The notes: generated by a model not told the origin, from the letters alone. A DNA stretch of 64,000 nt from Myxococcota bacterium (GCA_036336835.1 JAYZFK010000034.1:18432-82431); one strand, 5' to 3'; counted from the stretch's first letter, positions 8,943 to 18,733 are shown. A program made the numbers and translations.

Positions 8943-10160
8943 ATGGACCTCGAATACGGCCCCGAATACGATGCGCTTCGCGACGAGCTCCGCGCCTTTC
9001 TCGCCGAGGCGTGGCCCGAAAGCCAGCGCGACCACGCGGCGGCGCACGGCATCGACCCCCAGGCCCAGCGCGCCTTCATCGCTGCGGCGCTCGAGCGCAA
9101 ATACCTGTACTGCGCGATCCCGACGAAGTACGGCGGCTCGGAGCAGCCGTTCGATGCGCTGCGCGAATCGATCATCGCCGAGAGCTTCAACGCGGCGGGC
9201 GCTCCGTGGCGGCTCGGGGCGCAGGGCGTGGGGATGATCGTTCCCACCCTGCTCGAGGCCGGGACCGAGTGGCAGAAGGAGAAGTTCATCCCCTCGACGC
9301 TGCGCGGCGAGTTCGTCTGGTGTCAGGGGTACAGCGAGCCCGGCGCGGGCAGCGACCTGGCGTCGCTACGCAGCACGGCTCGTCTGGAGAGCGACGAGTG
9401 GGTGATCAACGGTCACAAGGTCTGGACCAGCGACGCCGCCGACGCCAACTACATGTTCGGCATGTTCCGAACCGAGCCAGACGCGCCGAAGCACGGCGGG
9501 ATCTCGTACTTGTTGATGGAGATGGACCAGCCCGGGATGGACGTTCGGCCACTGCGCCAGATCAACGGAGCCACGCACTTCTACGAGGTCTTCTTCAGCG
9601 ACGTGCGGACGCCGGCGGACTGGATCGTCGGTGCTCGCGGGCAGGGCTGGCAGATCGGCCGCATCAACCTGAAGCACGAACGCAACCTCGGCGGAGGAAG
9701 CCTCACCCGCAACCGCTTCGATTCGCTCGTCGACCTGGCTCGCTCGACCCGGATCGACGGCCGGCCCGCGATCGAACGCGACGACGTGCGCCAGCGGCTG
9801 GCGGCGCTCGACGCCAAGGTTCGCTGCTGCGAAACCCTCACCCTCCGACAGCTGTCCAGCGCCGCAAACGACGAGCAGGCCGACGACGTGCTCGCGACAC
9901 TGGTCAACAAGCTCTACAACACCGATCTCGGTGAGGAGATCGTGCAGACCGGCTACGACCTGATCGGCGATCGCGGGCTCGAGGCGCCGAAGGACAGCAC
10001 CTGGACGACGATCTCGGGTGGCGGCCCGGACGCGGACTGGGTCGACCGGTTTCTCTTCCAGCTGGCCGGCGCCATCGCCGCCGGCAGCTCCAACATCCAG
10101 CGCAACGTGATCGGCGAGCGGGGGCTCGGGCTACCGCGCGATTTGCGCTCCCCTCGCTAG
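8943..10160 (+). CDS. Acyl-CoA dehydrogenase family protein
   Basis: 'CQGYSEPGAGSDLASLRS', 'INGHKVWTS' and C-terminal 'AGSSNIQRNVIGERGLGLP'. 405 aa. Confidence 0.9.
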   Translation: MDLEYGPEYDALRDELRAFLAEAWPESQRDHAAAHGIDPQAQRAFIAAALERKYLYCAIPTKYGGSEQPFDALRESIIAESFNAAGAPWRLGAQGVGMIVPTLLEAGTEWQKEKFIPSTLRGEFVWCQGYSEPGAGSDLASLRSTARLESDEWVINGHKVWTSDAADANYMFGMFRTEPDAPKHGGISYLLMEMDQPGMDVRPLRQINGATHFYEVFFSDVRTPADWIVGARGQGWQIGRINLKHERNLGGGSLTRNRFDSLVDLARSTRIDGRPAIERDDVRQRLAALDAKVRCCETLTLRQLSSAANDEQADDVLATLVNKLYNTDLGEEIVQTGYDLIGDRGLEAPKDSTWTTISGGGPDADWVDRFLFQLAGAIAAGSSNIQRNVIGERGLGLPRDLRSPR

Positions 10161-10163
10161 GCG

Positions 10164-11870
10164 CTATTCGGCGCCCGGCGAATCCGGCGAATCCGGCGTC
10201 GCACGCAGCAGCGCTCCCCAGACGTCGTAGTCGTCGGGCATCGGAACCACCCCGTAGTCGCGCTCGTACGCTTCGTACAAGAGCCGCATCTGGGCAAGCC
10301 GTTCGGGCTCCGTGGCCGCGAGATCGTTCGTCTCCGACGGATCGCGTCTCAGATCGAACAGCCTCCATTGGCTGTGATCTGCAGGCGGCCCGACCTTCAC
10401 GAGCTTGTGATCGCCGAGGAACAGCGCGCTGTTCTTCATCAGCTCGTAGCCGACGGGCTCGCCGGCCGGGTGGATCCGCTCGGCGGTACCGCGCAGCACC
10501 CCGAGCGCGCTGCGTCCGGACGGAGCGTAGAGCTCGTTCCCGGGCCGTCGCGCCGGGTGCTCGACCCCGACCGCGTCGAGCAGCGTGGGGACGAGATCCG
10601 TCGCGAACGCGAAGGCGTCGCTCCGACGCCCACCCGCAAAGCCGCTCGGATGGCTCAGCAGCAGCGGCACGCGCATCCCGCCCTCGTAGGCGGTGCCCTT
10701 GAAATCGCGCAGGTGGATCGCCCCGAGCTGCGCCCACTGCGGGCCGTAGCTCGGATACGTGCCACGCGCGCCGATCGGCGGAACACCGAGCCGCGGATAG
10801 CGCTGCTCGTACCACGAGCGCGAACGCGGATCGAGATCCGGCTCGGAGGCATCGGGCCCGTTGTCGGAGACGAAGGCCACCAGCGTGTCGCGGTAGCGGC
10901 CCGAGGCGTCGAGCGCCTCGAGCACTCGCCCGATCTCGTGGTCCATCTGCGCCAGCATCGCCGCGTACGCCGCCATTCGCGCGGCCTCGTGCTCGCGCGC
11001 CTCGGGCGCCAGCGTCTCCCATGCCACCACCCGGTCGCTGCGCGCGCGGGCGGGGGCACCGGGCGGCAGGATGCCGAGCTCGATCAGTCGCTGGTGCCGA
11101 CGCAGCCGCGCAACATCCCACCCCTCGCGATAGCCACCGGCGAAGCGAGCGAGCCAGGCGTCCGGCGCGTGATGCGGCCAGTGAACGGCCTGGAACGACA
11201 ACACGGCCAGGAACGGGCGATCTCCACCGGCGGTCCGCTCGAGGAAACCCAGGATCTCGTCGGTGTAGAGCGTGCTCGAGAAGCGAGCGTCCGGTCTCGG
11301 GACGATCTCGCCGCCGCGGGTGAAGTCGGCCCGGGGTTCGATCGGCGCCGGACCGAGCTCGCTCCAGTTGTCCGCGGAGCCCTGTACCAGGGCCAGGGTG
11401 TGCTCGAAACCGCGGTCGCCGGGCAGCCGCCCCGGAACGCGACCGAGGTGCCACTTGCCGGCAAAGGCGGTCGCATAGCCCGCCGCGCGCAGGATCTCGC
11501 CGATCGTCGCGACGCGGTCGTTCAGATACCCCTCGTAGCCCGGCTGACCGCGCTGCGCGTCCGTCAGGAACTCGCCCATGCTGCCGAGTCCGGTGCGGTG
11601 GTGGTCGACGCCGGTCAGCAGCATCGCACGGCTCGGCGAGCAGGTCGCGGCAGTGTGGAAGTTGCTGAACAGCACGCCGTCGCGGGCGAGGCGATCGAGT
11701 GCGGGCGTCGGCAGCTCGGCGCCCGTCGCACCGATGTCGCCGAAGCCGAGGTCGTCGGCGATCACTAGCAGGACGTTCGGGCGCGGCTCGGCGAGCACCG
11801 GACCTGCGGCGGTCAGAAGGCCGACCCAGAGCGCGAGAGCGGTGTCCCGGCGCGACATGGCGGGCAGCAT
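10164..11870 (-). CDS. Secreted Cys-type arylsulfatase
   Basis: Signal peptide ('ALALWVGLLTAAGPVLA'), 'NVLLVIADDLGFGD' and the formylglycine motif 'CSPSRAMLLTG'. Confidence 0.9.
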   Translation of the reverse strand: MLPAMSRRDTALALWVGLLTAAGPVLAEPRPNVLLVIADDLGFGDIGATGAELPTPALDRLARDGVLFSNFHTAATCSPSRAMLLTGVDHHRTGLGSMGEFLTDAQRGQPGYEGYLNDRVATIGEILRAAGYATAFAGKWHLGRVPGRLPGDRGFEHTLALVQGSADNWSELGPAPIEPRADFTRGGEIVPRPDARFSSTLYTDEILGFLERTAGGDRPFLAVLSFQAVHWPHHAPDAWLARFAGGYREGWDVARLRRHQRLIELGILPPGAPARARSDRVVAWETLAPEAREHEAARMAAYAAMLAQMDHEIGRVLEALDASGRYRDTLVAFVSDNGPDASEPDLDPRSRSWYEQRYPRLGVPPIGARGTYPSYGPQWAQLGAIHLRDFKGTAYEGGMRVPLLLSHPSGFAGGRRSDAFAFATDLVPTLLDAVGVEHPARRPGNELYAPSGRSALGVLRGTAERIHPAGEPVGYELMKNSALFLGDHKLVKVGPPADHSQWRLFDLRRDPSETNDLAATEPERLAQMRLLYEAYERDYGVVPMPDDYDVWGALLRATPDSPDSPGAE

Positions 11871-11980
11871 ACCCGCTGACGGTCCCGCGCGGCCCCCTGC
11901 GTCGCGCGCCTCGGTGTGGGCGGCGCCCCCGAGTGACGTAGCATGGGCTGCCCCCGGATCGATCCGCGAGGTCCAGCCCC

Positions 11981-14539
11981 GTGTCCGAGAACAGCGACCG
12001 CAGCTTCATCACGCGGCTGAACGAGCGCTTCGCTGCGATCGCCGGCTGGTCGTACGACTACCGCTGGATCGTGGTCGTACTCGCGCTGGGCATCCTCTGG
12101 GGGTCGCTGAAGCTCGCCGGACAGGCGCCGATCGACAACAGCTACGAGTCCTACTTCGACACCGAAGATCCGGCCTACCTCGCCTACGAGCAGTACCGCG
12201 ACGACTTCGGATCGGACGAGGTCTCGTACATCCTGTACGACGCACCCGGCTTCGAGCACGGTGCCTGGAATCTCGAGGTGATGCGCAGGATCGAATCGCT
12301 CACCTCGGCGCTCGAGGACGAGGTGCCCTTCATCTACTCGGTGAAGTCGCTCGTCAACGTCGAGCTGATCGAGGGCGTTCCGGACGGAATCGAGATCGCG
12401 GACCTGGCCGACGAGTTCCCCGAGACGCAAGCGGATCTGCTCGCGGTGCGCGAGCGGGTGCTGGGCAAGCCGCAGATCGTCGGCGGCCTGGCGAGCGCCG
12501 ACGGCACCCACGGTGCGCTGACGATCAAGATGGATCGCTCGAGTACCGACCCGCCGGAGGAGATCCAGCTCGACCCCGAGAAGGGCAACGACCTCGAGAA
12601 CCTGTATCCCCAGGCCACCGATGCGAAGATCGAAGAGGTCCTGGCGCGACCGGAGTACCAGGGGATCCGCTTCTTTCACGCTGGCGACGTCCCGCTGAAC
12701 TCCGTCTACAACCGCCTGATCTTCATCGAGGGGGCGTACCTCGACCAACTCACCACGCTGGTGATCGGGCTAGTGCTGCTGCTCGCATTTCGCTCGATCA
12801 CGGGTGCCCTCGCGCCGATCGCGGTGGTGCAGCTGTGCGTGCTGATGTGCATGGGCTTCATCGGGCTGGTCGGCTGGAAGCTCGACATGAGCTTCGGAAG
12901 CATGCCGACGCTGCTGACGGCAATCGGCGTCGCTCACTCCGTTCACATCCTGTCCGAGTTCCGCGGCCGCTACGCCGAGCTCGGAAACCGGCGCGAAGCG
13001 CTCGTGAAGACCGTGTATCTGGTCGGCGTGCCGTGCCTGATGACGAGCCTGACGACGGCTGTCGGCTTCGCATCGCTCAGCGTCGCGCCGATCAAGAGCA
13101 TCTCACACCAGGGTGTCTATGCAGCGTTCGGCGTCATGGCTGCCTTCTTCATGTCGTTCACGCTGTTGATGGCGCTGCTCTCGATGGGTCGCCGCGAGAT
13201 GGCGGGCATCAGCGGCGTGCTCGCGTTCGGCGTCGCCTATCAGCTCCTCGCGGTACACGGCACGACGACCTCGGTCGTGGGCGGAGCGGCGATCGGGGCC
13301 GCCATCGCGGGGCTGACCCTCTTCTTTTTCGAACGCGGCGGACGCACCACGATCGGCAAGGGCGGCCAGGTCACCCAGCGCGCGTTACTCGCGATCGCCG
13401 ACTTCGACCTGCGCCACCGCAAGGCGATCCTCGCGTCGTTCGCGGCCCTCTTCGTGCTGTGCGGGGTCGGGATGAGCCGGATCGTCGTCGATTCGAACTG
13501 GCTCGACGACTTCTCGTCCGATATCCCGCTCAAGGCGATCACCGAGCGCGTCGATCGCGTGATGGGAGGCAGCACCAACGTCATCTACCTGTTCGACTCG
13601 GGCGAGCCCGACGGCATCAAGGATCCCGCTGTACTGCGCGAAATGGAGCGCATCCACGAAATCGCCGCCAAGCACGAGCCGTTCGTGCGCAAGACCTACT
13701 CGCTCGTCGACATCCTGAAGGACCTGAACCAGGCCTTCCACGGCGGCGACCCGGCCTACTACGAGCTGCCGGACTCGCGGGCGCTGGTCGCCCAGTATCT
13801 GCTGCTCTACGAGATGTCGGGTGGCGAGGACGCGGAGGAGTTCGTCTCCTCCGACTACCAGCGGGCCAGCGTCGAGCTGCGACTCGCGCTGGAGCCGACC
13901 AGCAAGACAGCCGACCTGGTGCACGCAATCGACGAAGAACTCGCCGCCAATCCTCTCGAGACGTCCGCGGTCAGCCTGACGGGCATCGGCGCACTCTGGA
14001 TCATCCTGCTCGACTACATCGTATCGAGCCAGATCCAGGGCTTCCTGCTGGCTTTCGTGGTGATCGCGGTGATGATGGTCGCGATCTTCCGCTCGCTCGG
14101 AACCGGACTGATCTCGATGATCCCGAACATCGCGCCTTCGGCCCTGGCGCTCGGCGTGATGGGCTGGGCCGGCGTGTGGCTCGACTACAGCAAGATCTCG
14201 ATCGCGGCCGTAGCGATCGGCATCGCTGTCGACGATACGATCCACCTGGTGTCGCGTTGCCGCTACGAGTTCTCGCTGTGCGGCGACTACGCCGAGGCCG
14301 TGCGCCGGGCAATGCAGGACGTCGGCCGCGCGCTGTTGATCACCTCGGTCGTGCTCGTCGCGGGCTTCCTGGTCTTGACGGCGTCGGCGCTCGACAGCCA
14401 GGCCACCTACGGCATCCTCCTGGCCACGACGATCGTGACGGCGCTGAGCGCCGACTTCCTGTTGATGCCGGCCCTGCTGCTGACATTCCAGCCGTTCGGC
14501 CCCGAGAAGAGCCAGCACGAGCTGCGTGAGAACGAATGA
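11981..14539 (+). CDS. MMPL / RND-superfamily exporter
   Basis: 852 aa. Two blocks of hydrophobic helices, each preceded by a large soluble loop (MMPL/HpnN-like topology). GTG start. Stop overlaps the next start (ATGA 14536-14539). Confidence 0.85.
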   Translation: MSENSDRSFITRLNERFAAIAGWSYDYRWIVVVLALGILWGSLKLAGQAPIDNSYESYFDTEDPAYLAYEQYRDDFGSDEVSYILYDAPGFEHGAWNLEVMRRIESLTSALEDEVPFIYSVKSLVNVELIEGVPDGIEIADLADEFPETQADLLAVRERVLGKPQIVGGLASADGTHGALTIKMDRSSTDPPEEIQLDPEKGNDLENLYPQATDAKIEEVLARPEYQGIRFFHAGDVPLNSVYNRLIFIEGAYLDQLTTLVIGLVLLLAFRSITGALAPIAVVQLCVLMCMGFIGLVGWKLDMSFGSMPTLLTAIGVAHSVHILSEFRGRYAELGNRREALVKTVYLVGVPCLMTSLTTAVGFASLSVAPIKSISHQGVYAAFGVMAAFFMSFTLLMALLSMGRREMAGISGVLAFGVAYQLLAVHGTTTSVVGGAAIGAAIAGLTLFFFERGGRTTIGKGGQVTQRALLAIADFDLRHRKAILASFAALFVLCGVGMSRIVVDSNWLDDFSSDIPLKAITERVDRVMGGSTNVIYLFDSGEPDGIKDPAVLREMERIHEIAAKHEPFVRKTYSLVDILKDLNQAFHGGDPAYYELPDSRALVAQYLLLYEMSGGEDAEEFVSSDYQRASVELRLALEPTSKTADLVHAIDEELAANPLETSAVSLTGIGALWIILLDYIVSSQIQGFLLAFVVIAVMMVAIFRSLGTGLISMIPNIAPSALALGVMGWAGVWLDYSKISIAAVAIGIAVDDTIHLVSRCRYEFSLCGDYAEAVRRAMQDVGRALLITSVVLVAGFLVLTASALDSQATYGILLATTIVTALSADFLLMPALLLTFQPFGPEKSQHELRENE

Positions 14540-15345
14540 GGATGCAGAAGATGCGAATACTCGGCTCCCTGGCTGTCGTCCTCGTGCTGCTTGCGGGCCC
14601 GCTGCCGGCCGAAGAGCTCACCGCCCGCGAGATCATGCAGCGCGTCGATGCGCGCGACGATGGCGACTACTCGACCCAGGACATGGAGATGATCCTGATC
14701 GACAAGCGCGGCAACCAGCGCGTGCGCAAGCTGCGTTCGTTCGGGCGCGATGTGGGCGAGGACGAGCAGAGCATCATCTTCTTCGTGACTCCGGCGGACG
14801 TCGAGGACACGGGCTTCCTGACCTACGACTACGACGATCCCGAACGCGACGACGACCAGTGGCTGTACCTGCCCGCGCTATCGCGCACCAAGCGCATCGC
14901 ATCCTCGGACAAGAGCGGCAGCTTCATGGGCTCTGATTTCAGCTACGCCGACATGAGCGATCGCCCGCTCGATCACTACGAGTACGAGCTGATGGGCGAG
15001 GACGAGATCGACGGCCAGGCGGTGTGGCAGATTCAATCGATCCCGATCACGGACCGCGAGAAGCGTGAGACGGGCTACACCAAGCAGATCTCGTTCGTGC
15101 GTCAGGACAACTACGTCGTGGTGCGCAGTGTCTCCTGGGTCAAGAAGGGCAAACGGCTCAAGTACTTCGATGTCGACTCGCTCGAGCAGATCGACGGGAT
15201 CTGGGTCGCGACCCAGATGCACATGACGACGCGCAAGGGCAAGCAGACGCTCCACAAGACCGTCCTGTATGCAAGGAACGTGAAGTTCGGCCAGGACCTG
15301 CCGGACGACCTGTTCAGCGTGCGCCAGCTCGAGAAGGGGCCGTAG
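14536..15345 (+). CDS. LolA-like outer-membrane lipoprotein-sorting family protein
   Basis: Signal peptide ('ILGSLAVVLVLLAGPLPA'). About 240 aa soluble domain with 'DQWLYLPALSRTKRIASSDKSGSFMGSDFSYADM', which I recognise from LolA-like proteins encoded next to MMPL/RND genes. Confidence 0.75.
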   Translation: MRMQKMRILGSLAVVLVLLAGPLPAEELTAREIMQRVDARDDGDYSTQDMEMILIDKRGNQRVRKLRSFGRDVGEDEQSIIFFVTPADVEDTGFLTYDYDDPERDDDQWLYLPALSRTKRIASSDKSGSFMGSDFSYADMSDRPLDHYEYELMGEDEIDGQAVWQIQSIPITDREKRETGYTKQISFVRQDNYVVVRSVSWVKKGKRLKYFDVDSLEQIDGIWVATQMHMTTRKGKQTLHKTVLYARNVKFGQDLPDDLFSVRQLEKGP

Positions 15346-15352
15346 CGGGGCC

Positions 15353-16750
15353 GTGCAATCCCTCTGCCTGCGGCGATCGGGTCGCATCGGGCTCGCAGCC
15401 ATCGTCGGTGCTGCGCTCGCGGCCACCGCGACGGCCCAGGACGACCTCGACGACATCCTCGGCGGCTTCGAGGACGAAGACCCCGGCTTCGAGGTCCAGG
15501 CTCCTACGGACGGCGACACGACCGAGCCGCCAACCTGGTGGGATCTCTCCGGCAGCTTCGAGCTGAGCGGCAGTGTCAACTACCTGCGCCACGACTCCGC
15601 CACGGGAACGAACTACGTCGGACTCCAGCGTCTGCGCAGTCGCCTCAACCTCCAGCTCGATCTCGACCTCGCAGAGGACTGGCAGGCCCGGATCGAGAGC
15701 TGGGGCTTCTACGACTCGGCCTACGCGATCAATGGCCGACGCCACTACACCGGGGCGGTGCTCAGCGACTACGAGCTCGACGCCGAGATCGGCGAGGCGT
15801 GGATCCACGGCAAGCTGCACGACGCGCTCGACGTCAAGCTGGGGCGCCAGATCGTGATCTGGGGGCGCTCGGAATCCCTGCGGGTGCTCGACGTATTGAA
15901 TCCGCTGGACAACCGCGAGCCGGGCCGTGTCGACATCGAGGACATCCGCCGCCCACTCGGCATGCTCCGCGTCGACGCCTATCGATGGCTCTGGGACGGC
16001 GAGTGGAACCTCTCCGCGATCGCGATCCCCGAGATCCGCTTCTCCCGCAACCCCGTCGTCGGCAGCGACTTCTCCCCGCTGTTGATGAGCTTGCCCAAGG
16101 ACGAGCCGAAGGATTTCAAGGACACCGAGGCCGCGGCGGCGCTCACCGCGATCTTCAGCGGCTGGGACTTCTCGCTGCACGGCGCCTGGTTCTGGAACGA
16201 CACACCGCGTTTCCACTTCGATCCCACCAAGCCCGATCCCAGCCGCCTGGTCTACGATCGCCTGTGGATGGTAGGTGCTGGCGGCAACTACACGAAGGGA
16301 AGCTGGCTGTTCAAGGGTGAGATCGCCTACCTCGACGGATTCGGCTTCGACGGCAGCGACGACAAGGCGCGCGTGGACGTGCTGATCGGCTTCGAGTACT
16401 ACGGGCTCACCAATGTCACGATCTCGGTCGAGGGCACGAACCGCCACCTGTTCGACTACGAGGACGCGCTCCTTGGCTCTCCCTACTTCGTGCGCCAGGA
16501 CTCGCAGGAAATCGCGCTGCGCTACACGCAGAGCTTCTTCAACGAGAAGCTCGCGGTGACGGGCCTCGTTGTGCTGGTCGGCTGGAACGGGGGCGATGGA
16601 TCGATCGTGCGCCTGTCCGCCGACTACGAACTGCGCGACGCGCTCGGGATCGGCGCCGGAATCGTGCTGTACCAGAAGGGCGACCTGCCGCCGCTCAATT
16701 CCTGGGGCCGAAATGATCGACTGATCTTCAATCTGAAGTGGAGCTTCTGA
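15353..16750 (+). CDS. Outer-membrane beta-barrel-type protein (DUF1302-like)
   Basis: Signal peptide ending 'ATATAQ', an acidic N-terminal linker, alternating-polarity strands throughout, and a C-terminal '...NLKWSF' with terminal Phe typical of OMPs. Confidence 0.65.
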   Translation: MQSLCLRRSGRIGLAAIVGAALAATATAQDDLDDILGGFEDEDPGFEVQAPTDGDTTEPPTWWDLSGSFELSGSVNYLRHDSATGTNYVGLQRLRSRLNLQLDLDLAEDWQARIESWGFYDSAYAINGRRHYTGAVLSDYELDAEIGEAWIHGKLHDALDVKLGRQIVIWGRSESLRVLDVLNPLDNREPGRVDIEDIRRPLGMLRVDAYRWLWDGEWNLSAIAIPEIRFSRNPVVGSDFSPLLMSLPKDEPKDFKDTEAAAALTAIFSGWDFSLHGAWFWNDTPRFHFDPTKPDPSRLVYDRLWMVGAGGNYTKGSWLFKGEIAYLDGFGFDGSDDKARVDVLIGFEYYGLTNVTISVEGTNRHLFDYEDALLGSPYFVRQDSQEIALRYTQSFFNEKLAVTGLVVLVGWNGGDGSIVRLSADYELRDALGIGAGIVLYQKGDLPPLNSWGRNDRLIFNLKWSF

Positions 16751-16753
16751 GGA

Positions 16754-17506
16754 ATGCGCCGCGTACTCGTGTTCCAACACGTCGCCGTCGAGCCGCTCGG
16801 CACCCTGCTGCCATTGCTGCGCAGCTACGGCCTGCGCATCCGGTACGTGAACTTCGAGCGCGACCCGGAGGCGCGACCCTCGGTGCAGGGTTACGACGGG
16901 CTGATCGTTCTCGGCGGCCCGATGTCGGCCTGGGACGATGCGAGCCATCCCCACCTGGGCCGCGAGGTGGCTGCGATCGAAGCGGCGCTCGAAGGCGGGA
17001 CGCCGGTGCTCGGCATCTGCCTCGGCGCCCAGCTGCTGGCGCGCGGCCTCGGGGCCGAGGTCCGGCGGGCGGAGCAGCCAGAGATTGGCTGGCATGAGGT
17101 CTGCCCCACAGAGGCCGGTCGTGGAGACCCTGTGCTCGGTGGCTTCTCCGAGTGTGAATCCGTCTTCCAGTGGCACCGCGACACGTTCGAGTTGCCGAAC
17201 GGCGCCGTCCACCTGGCGCGCGGGAACCGCGACGGCTGCGCGCAACAGGCATTCCGCTACGGCGAGAGCGCCTACGGCCTGCAGTTCCACCTCGAAGCCA
17301 ATGCCGCTCTGATCGACCGCTGGCTGGACACGCCCGCGCACCAGACCGAACTCGAATCGCTAGGCAACGCGCGCGCTGGGCAAACGATCGAGCGGGAAAC
17401 CCGCGAGCGAATCGCGCGCTCTCTGCAGCTGTCGGACGAGACATTCGGCCGATTCTTCGACCGCTGGACCGAGCGTCCGCGGCGAGTTCCCTACCCTCAT
17501 CGCTGA
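16754..17506 (+). CDS. Class I glutamine amidotransferase-like protein
   Basis: 'VLGICLGAQLL' (Cys nucleophile) and 'GLQFHLE' (His/Glu). 250 aa, with no fused synthase domain. Confidence 0.85.
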   Translation: MRRVLVFQHVAVEPLGTLLPLLRSYGLRIRYVNFERDPEARPSVQGYDGLIVLGGPMSAWDDASHPHLGREVAAIEAALEGGTPVLGICLGAQLLARGLGAEVRRAEQPEIGWHEVCPTEAGRGDPVLGGFSECESVFQWHRDTFELPNGAVHLARGNRDGCAQQAFRYGESAYGLQFHLEANAALIDRWLDTPAHQTELESLGNARAGQTIERETRERIARSLQLSDETFGRFFDRWTERPRRVPYPHR

Positions 17507-17569
17507 GCAACCGTGCGATGATCGCGCGGGTCCCGATGATCCCGAGGACGCCACTGCGAGGTGCCCCGA

Positions 17570-17704
17570 ATGGCGAAGGTCGTGAAGGCCGGAATGGTGA
17601 TCCATCCAGTCGAGGATCTCTCCTCGGCCCTCGAGTTCTATCAGGGCGCGATGGGACTCGAGCTGCAATTTCGGGATGGCGACCGCTTCGCGGCGCTCGC
17701 GTGA
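17570..17704 (+). pseudogene. Truncated VOC/glyoxalase-family gene remnant (44 codons)
   Basis: The ORF 'MAKVVKAGMVIHPVEDLSSALEFYQGAMGLELQFRDGDRFAALA*' is too short for the ORF track. It matches only the first beta-alpha-beta of a VOC domain and then stops 45 nt before the next gene. Confidence 0.35.
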
Positions 17705-17749
17705 CGCTGGCTACCCTCCCCGCCCCTCGCAGAGAACTGGAGCCCCCAG

Positions 17750-18733
17750 ATGCAGACCAGGACCCTCGGAAGCCTCGAAGTCTCTGCGATCGGACTCGGC
17801 TGCATGAGCATGTCGCAGGCATACGGAAAGCCCGATCTGGCCGAGTCCGAGCGCACCCTGCATGGCGCGCTCGACGCTGGCTACAGGCTGCTGGACACCG
17901 CGTGCATCTACGGTCTCGGCCACAACGAGAAGCTGATCGGCCGCGTCCTGAAGCAGCGCCGCGACGAATTCGTCCTCGCGAGCAAATGCGGAATCGTCGT
18001 CGATGAGCAGGGACGCCGCGGCGTCGACTGCCGGCCCGAGGCGGTAACGCGGACCTGCGAGGAAAGCCTCGAGCGCCTGCAGACCGACGTGATCGATCTC
18101 TACTACCTGCACCGACGCGACCCGAAGGTCCCGATCGAGGAGAGCGTCGGTGCCCTCGCCGACCTCGAGAAGGCGGGAAAGATCCGCCACATCGGGCTCT
18201 CCGAGGTCTCCTCGAGCACCCTGCGTCGCGCTCATGCCGTCCACCCGGTCGCGGCCGTGCAGTCCGAGTACTCGCTCTGGACGCGCGATCCCGAGAACAA
18301 GCTGCTCGCTACGTGCACAGAGCTCGGCGTCGGCTTCGTGCCATTCAGCCCGCTCGGCCGGGCGTTCCTGGCGGGCGGGGTCGAAGATCCCGAAGCGCTG
18401 GAAGACACTGACATGCGGCGCCGCATGCCTCGCTTCCAGCCCGAGAATTTCGCGAGGAACCTCGCCCTGCTCAAGGAGCTCGAGGTCCTGGCCGCAGACA
18501 ATCAGTGCACGCTCGCCCAGCTCGCGCTGGCGTGGGTGCTCGGACAGGGCGACACGCTCGTGCCGATCCCGGGCACGAAACACCTCCGCTTCGTCCAGGA
18601 GAACGCGCTGGCCGCGGATCTGAAGGTCTCGGCGGACGATCTGGCGCGCGCCGGAGAGATCGTGAACACCAGCACCGTGGCGGGCGACCGCTATGCGAAG
18701 GCACAGATGATCTCGCTCGACCCCGAGGAGTAG
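17750..18733 (+). CDS. Aldo/keto reductase
   Basis: 'GLGCMSMS', 'LDTACIYG', 'LASKCG' and 'IGLSEV'. 327 aa. Confidence 0.9.
   Translation: MQTRTLGSLEVSAIGLGCMSMSQAYGKPDLAESERTLHGALDAGYRLLDTACIYGLGHNEKLIGRVLKQRRDEFVLASKCGIVVDEQGRRGVDCRPEAVTRTCEESLERLQTDVIDLYYLHRRDPKVPIEESVGALADLEKAGKIRHIGLSEVSSSTLRRAHAVHPVAAVQSEYSLWTRDPENKLLATCTELGVGFVPFSPLGRAFLAGGVEDPEALEDTDMRRRMPRFQPENFARNLALLKELEVLAADNQCTLAQLALAWVLGQGDTLVPIPGTKHLRFVQENALAADLKVSADDLARAGEIVNTSTVAGDRYAKAQMISLDPEE

Noticed and set aside
17360-17668. 102-aa minus-strand ORF spanning the amidotransferase 3' end and the intergenic region.
   Set aside because: It overlaps a well-supported plus-strand gene, has Ser/Arg/Gly-rich composition, and shows no motif and no RBS. 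The plus-strand VOC-like fragment explains the open frame better.
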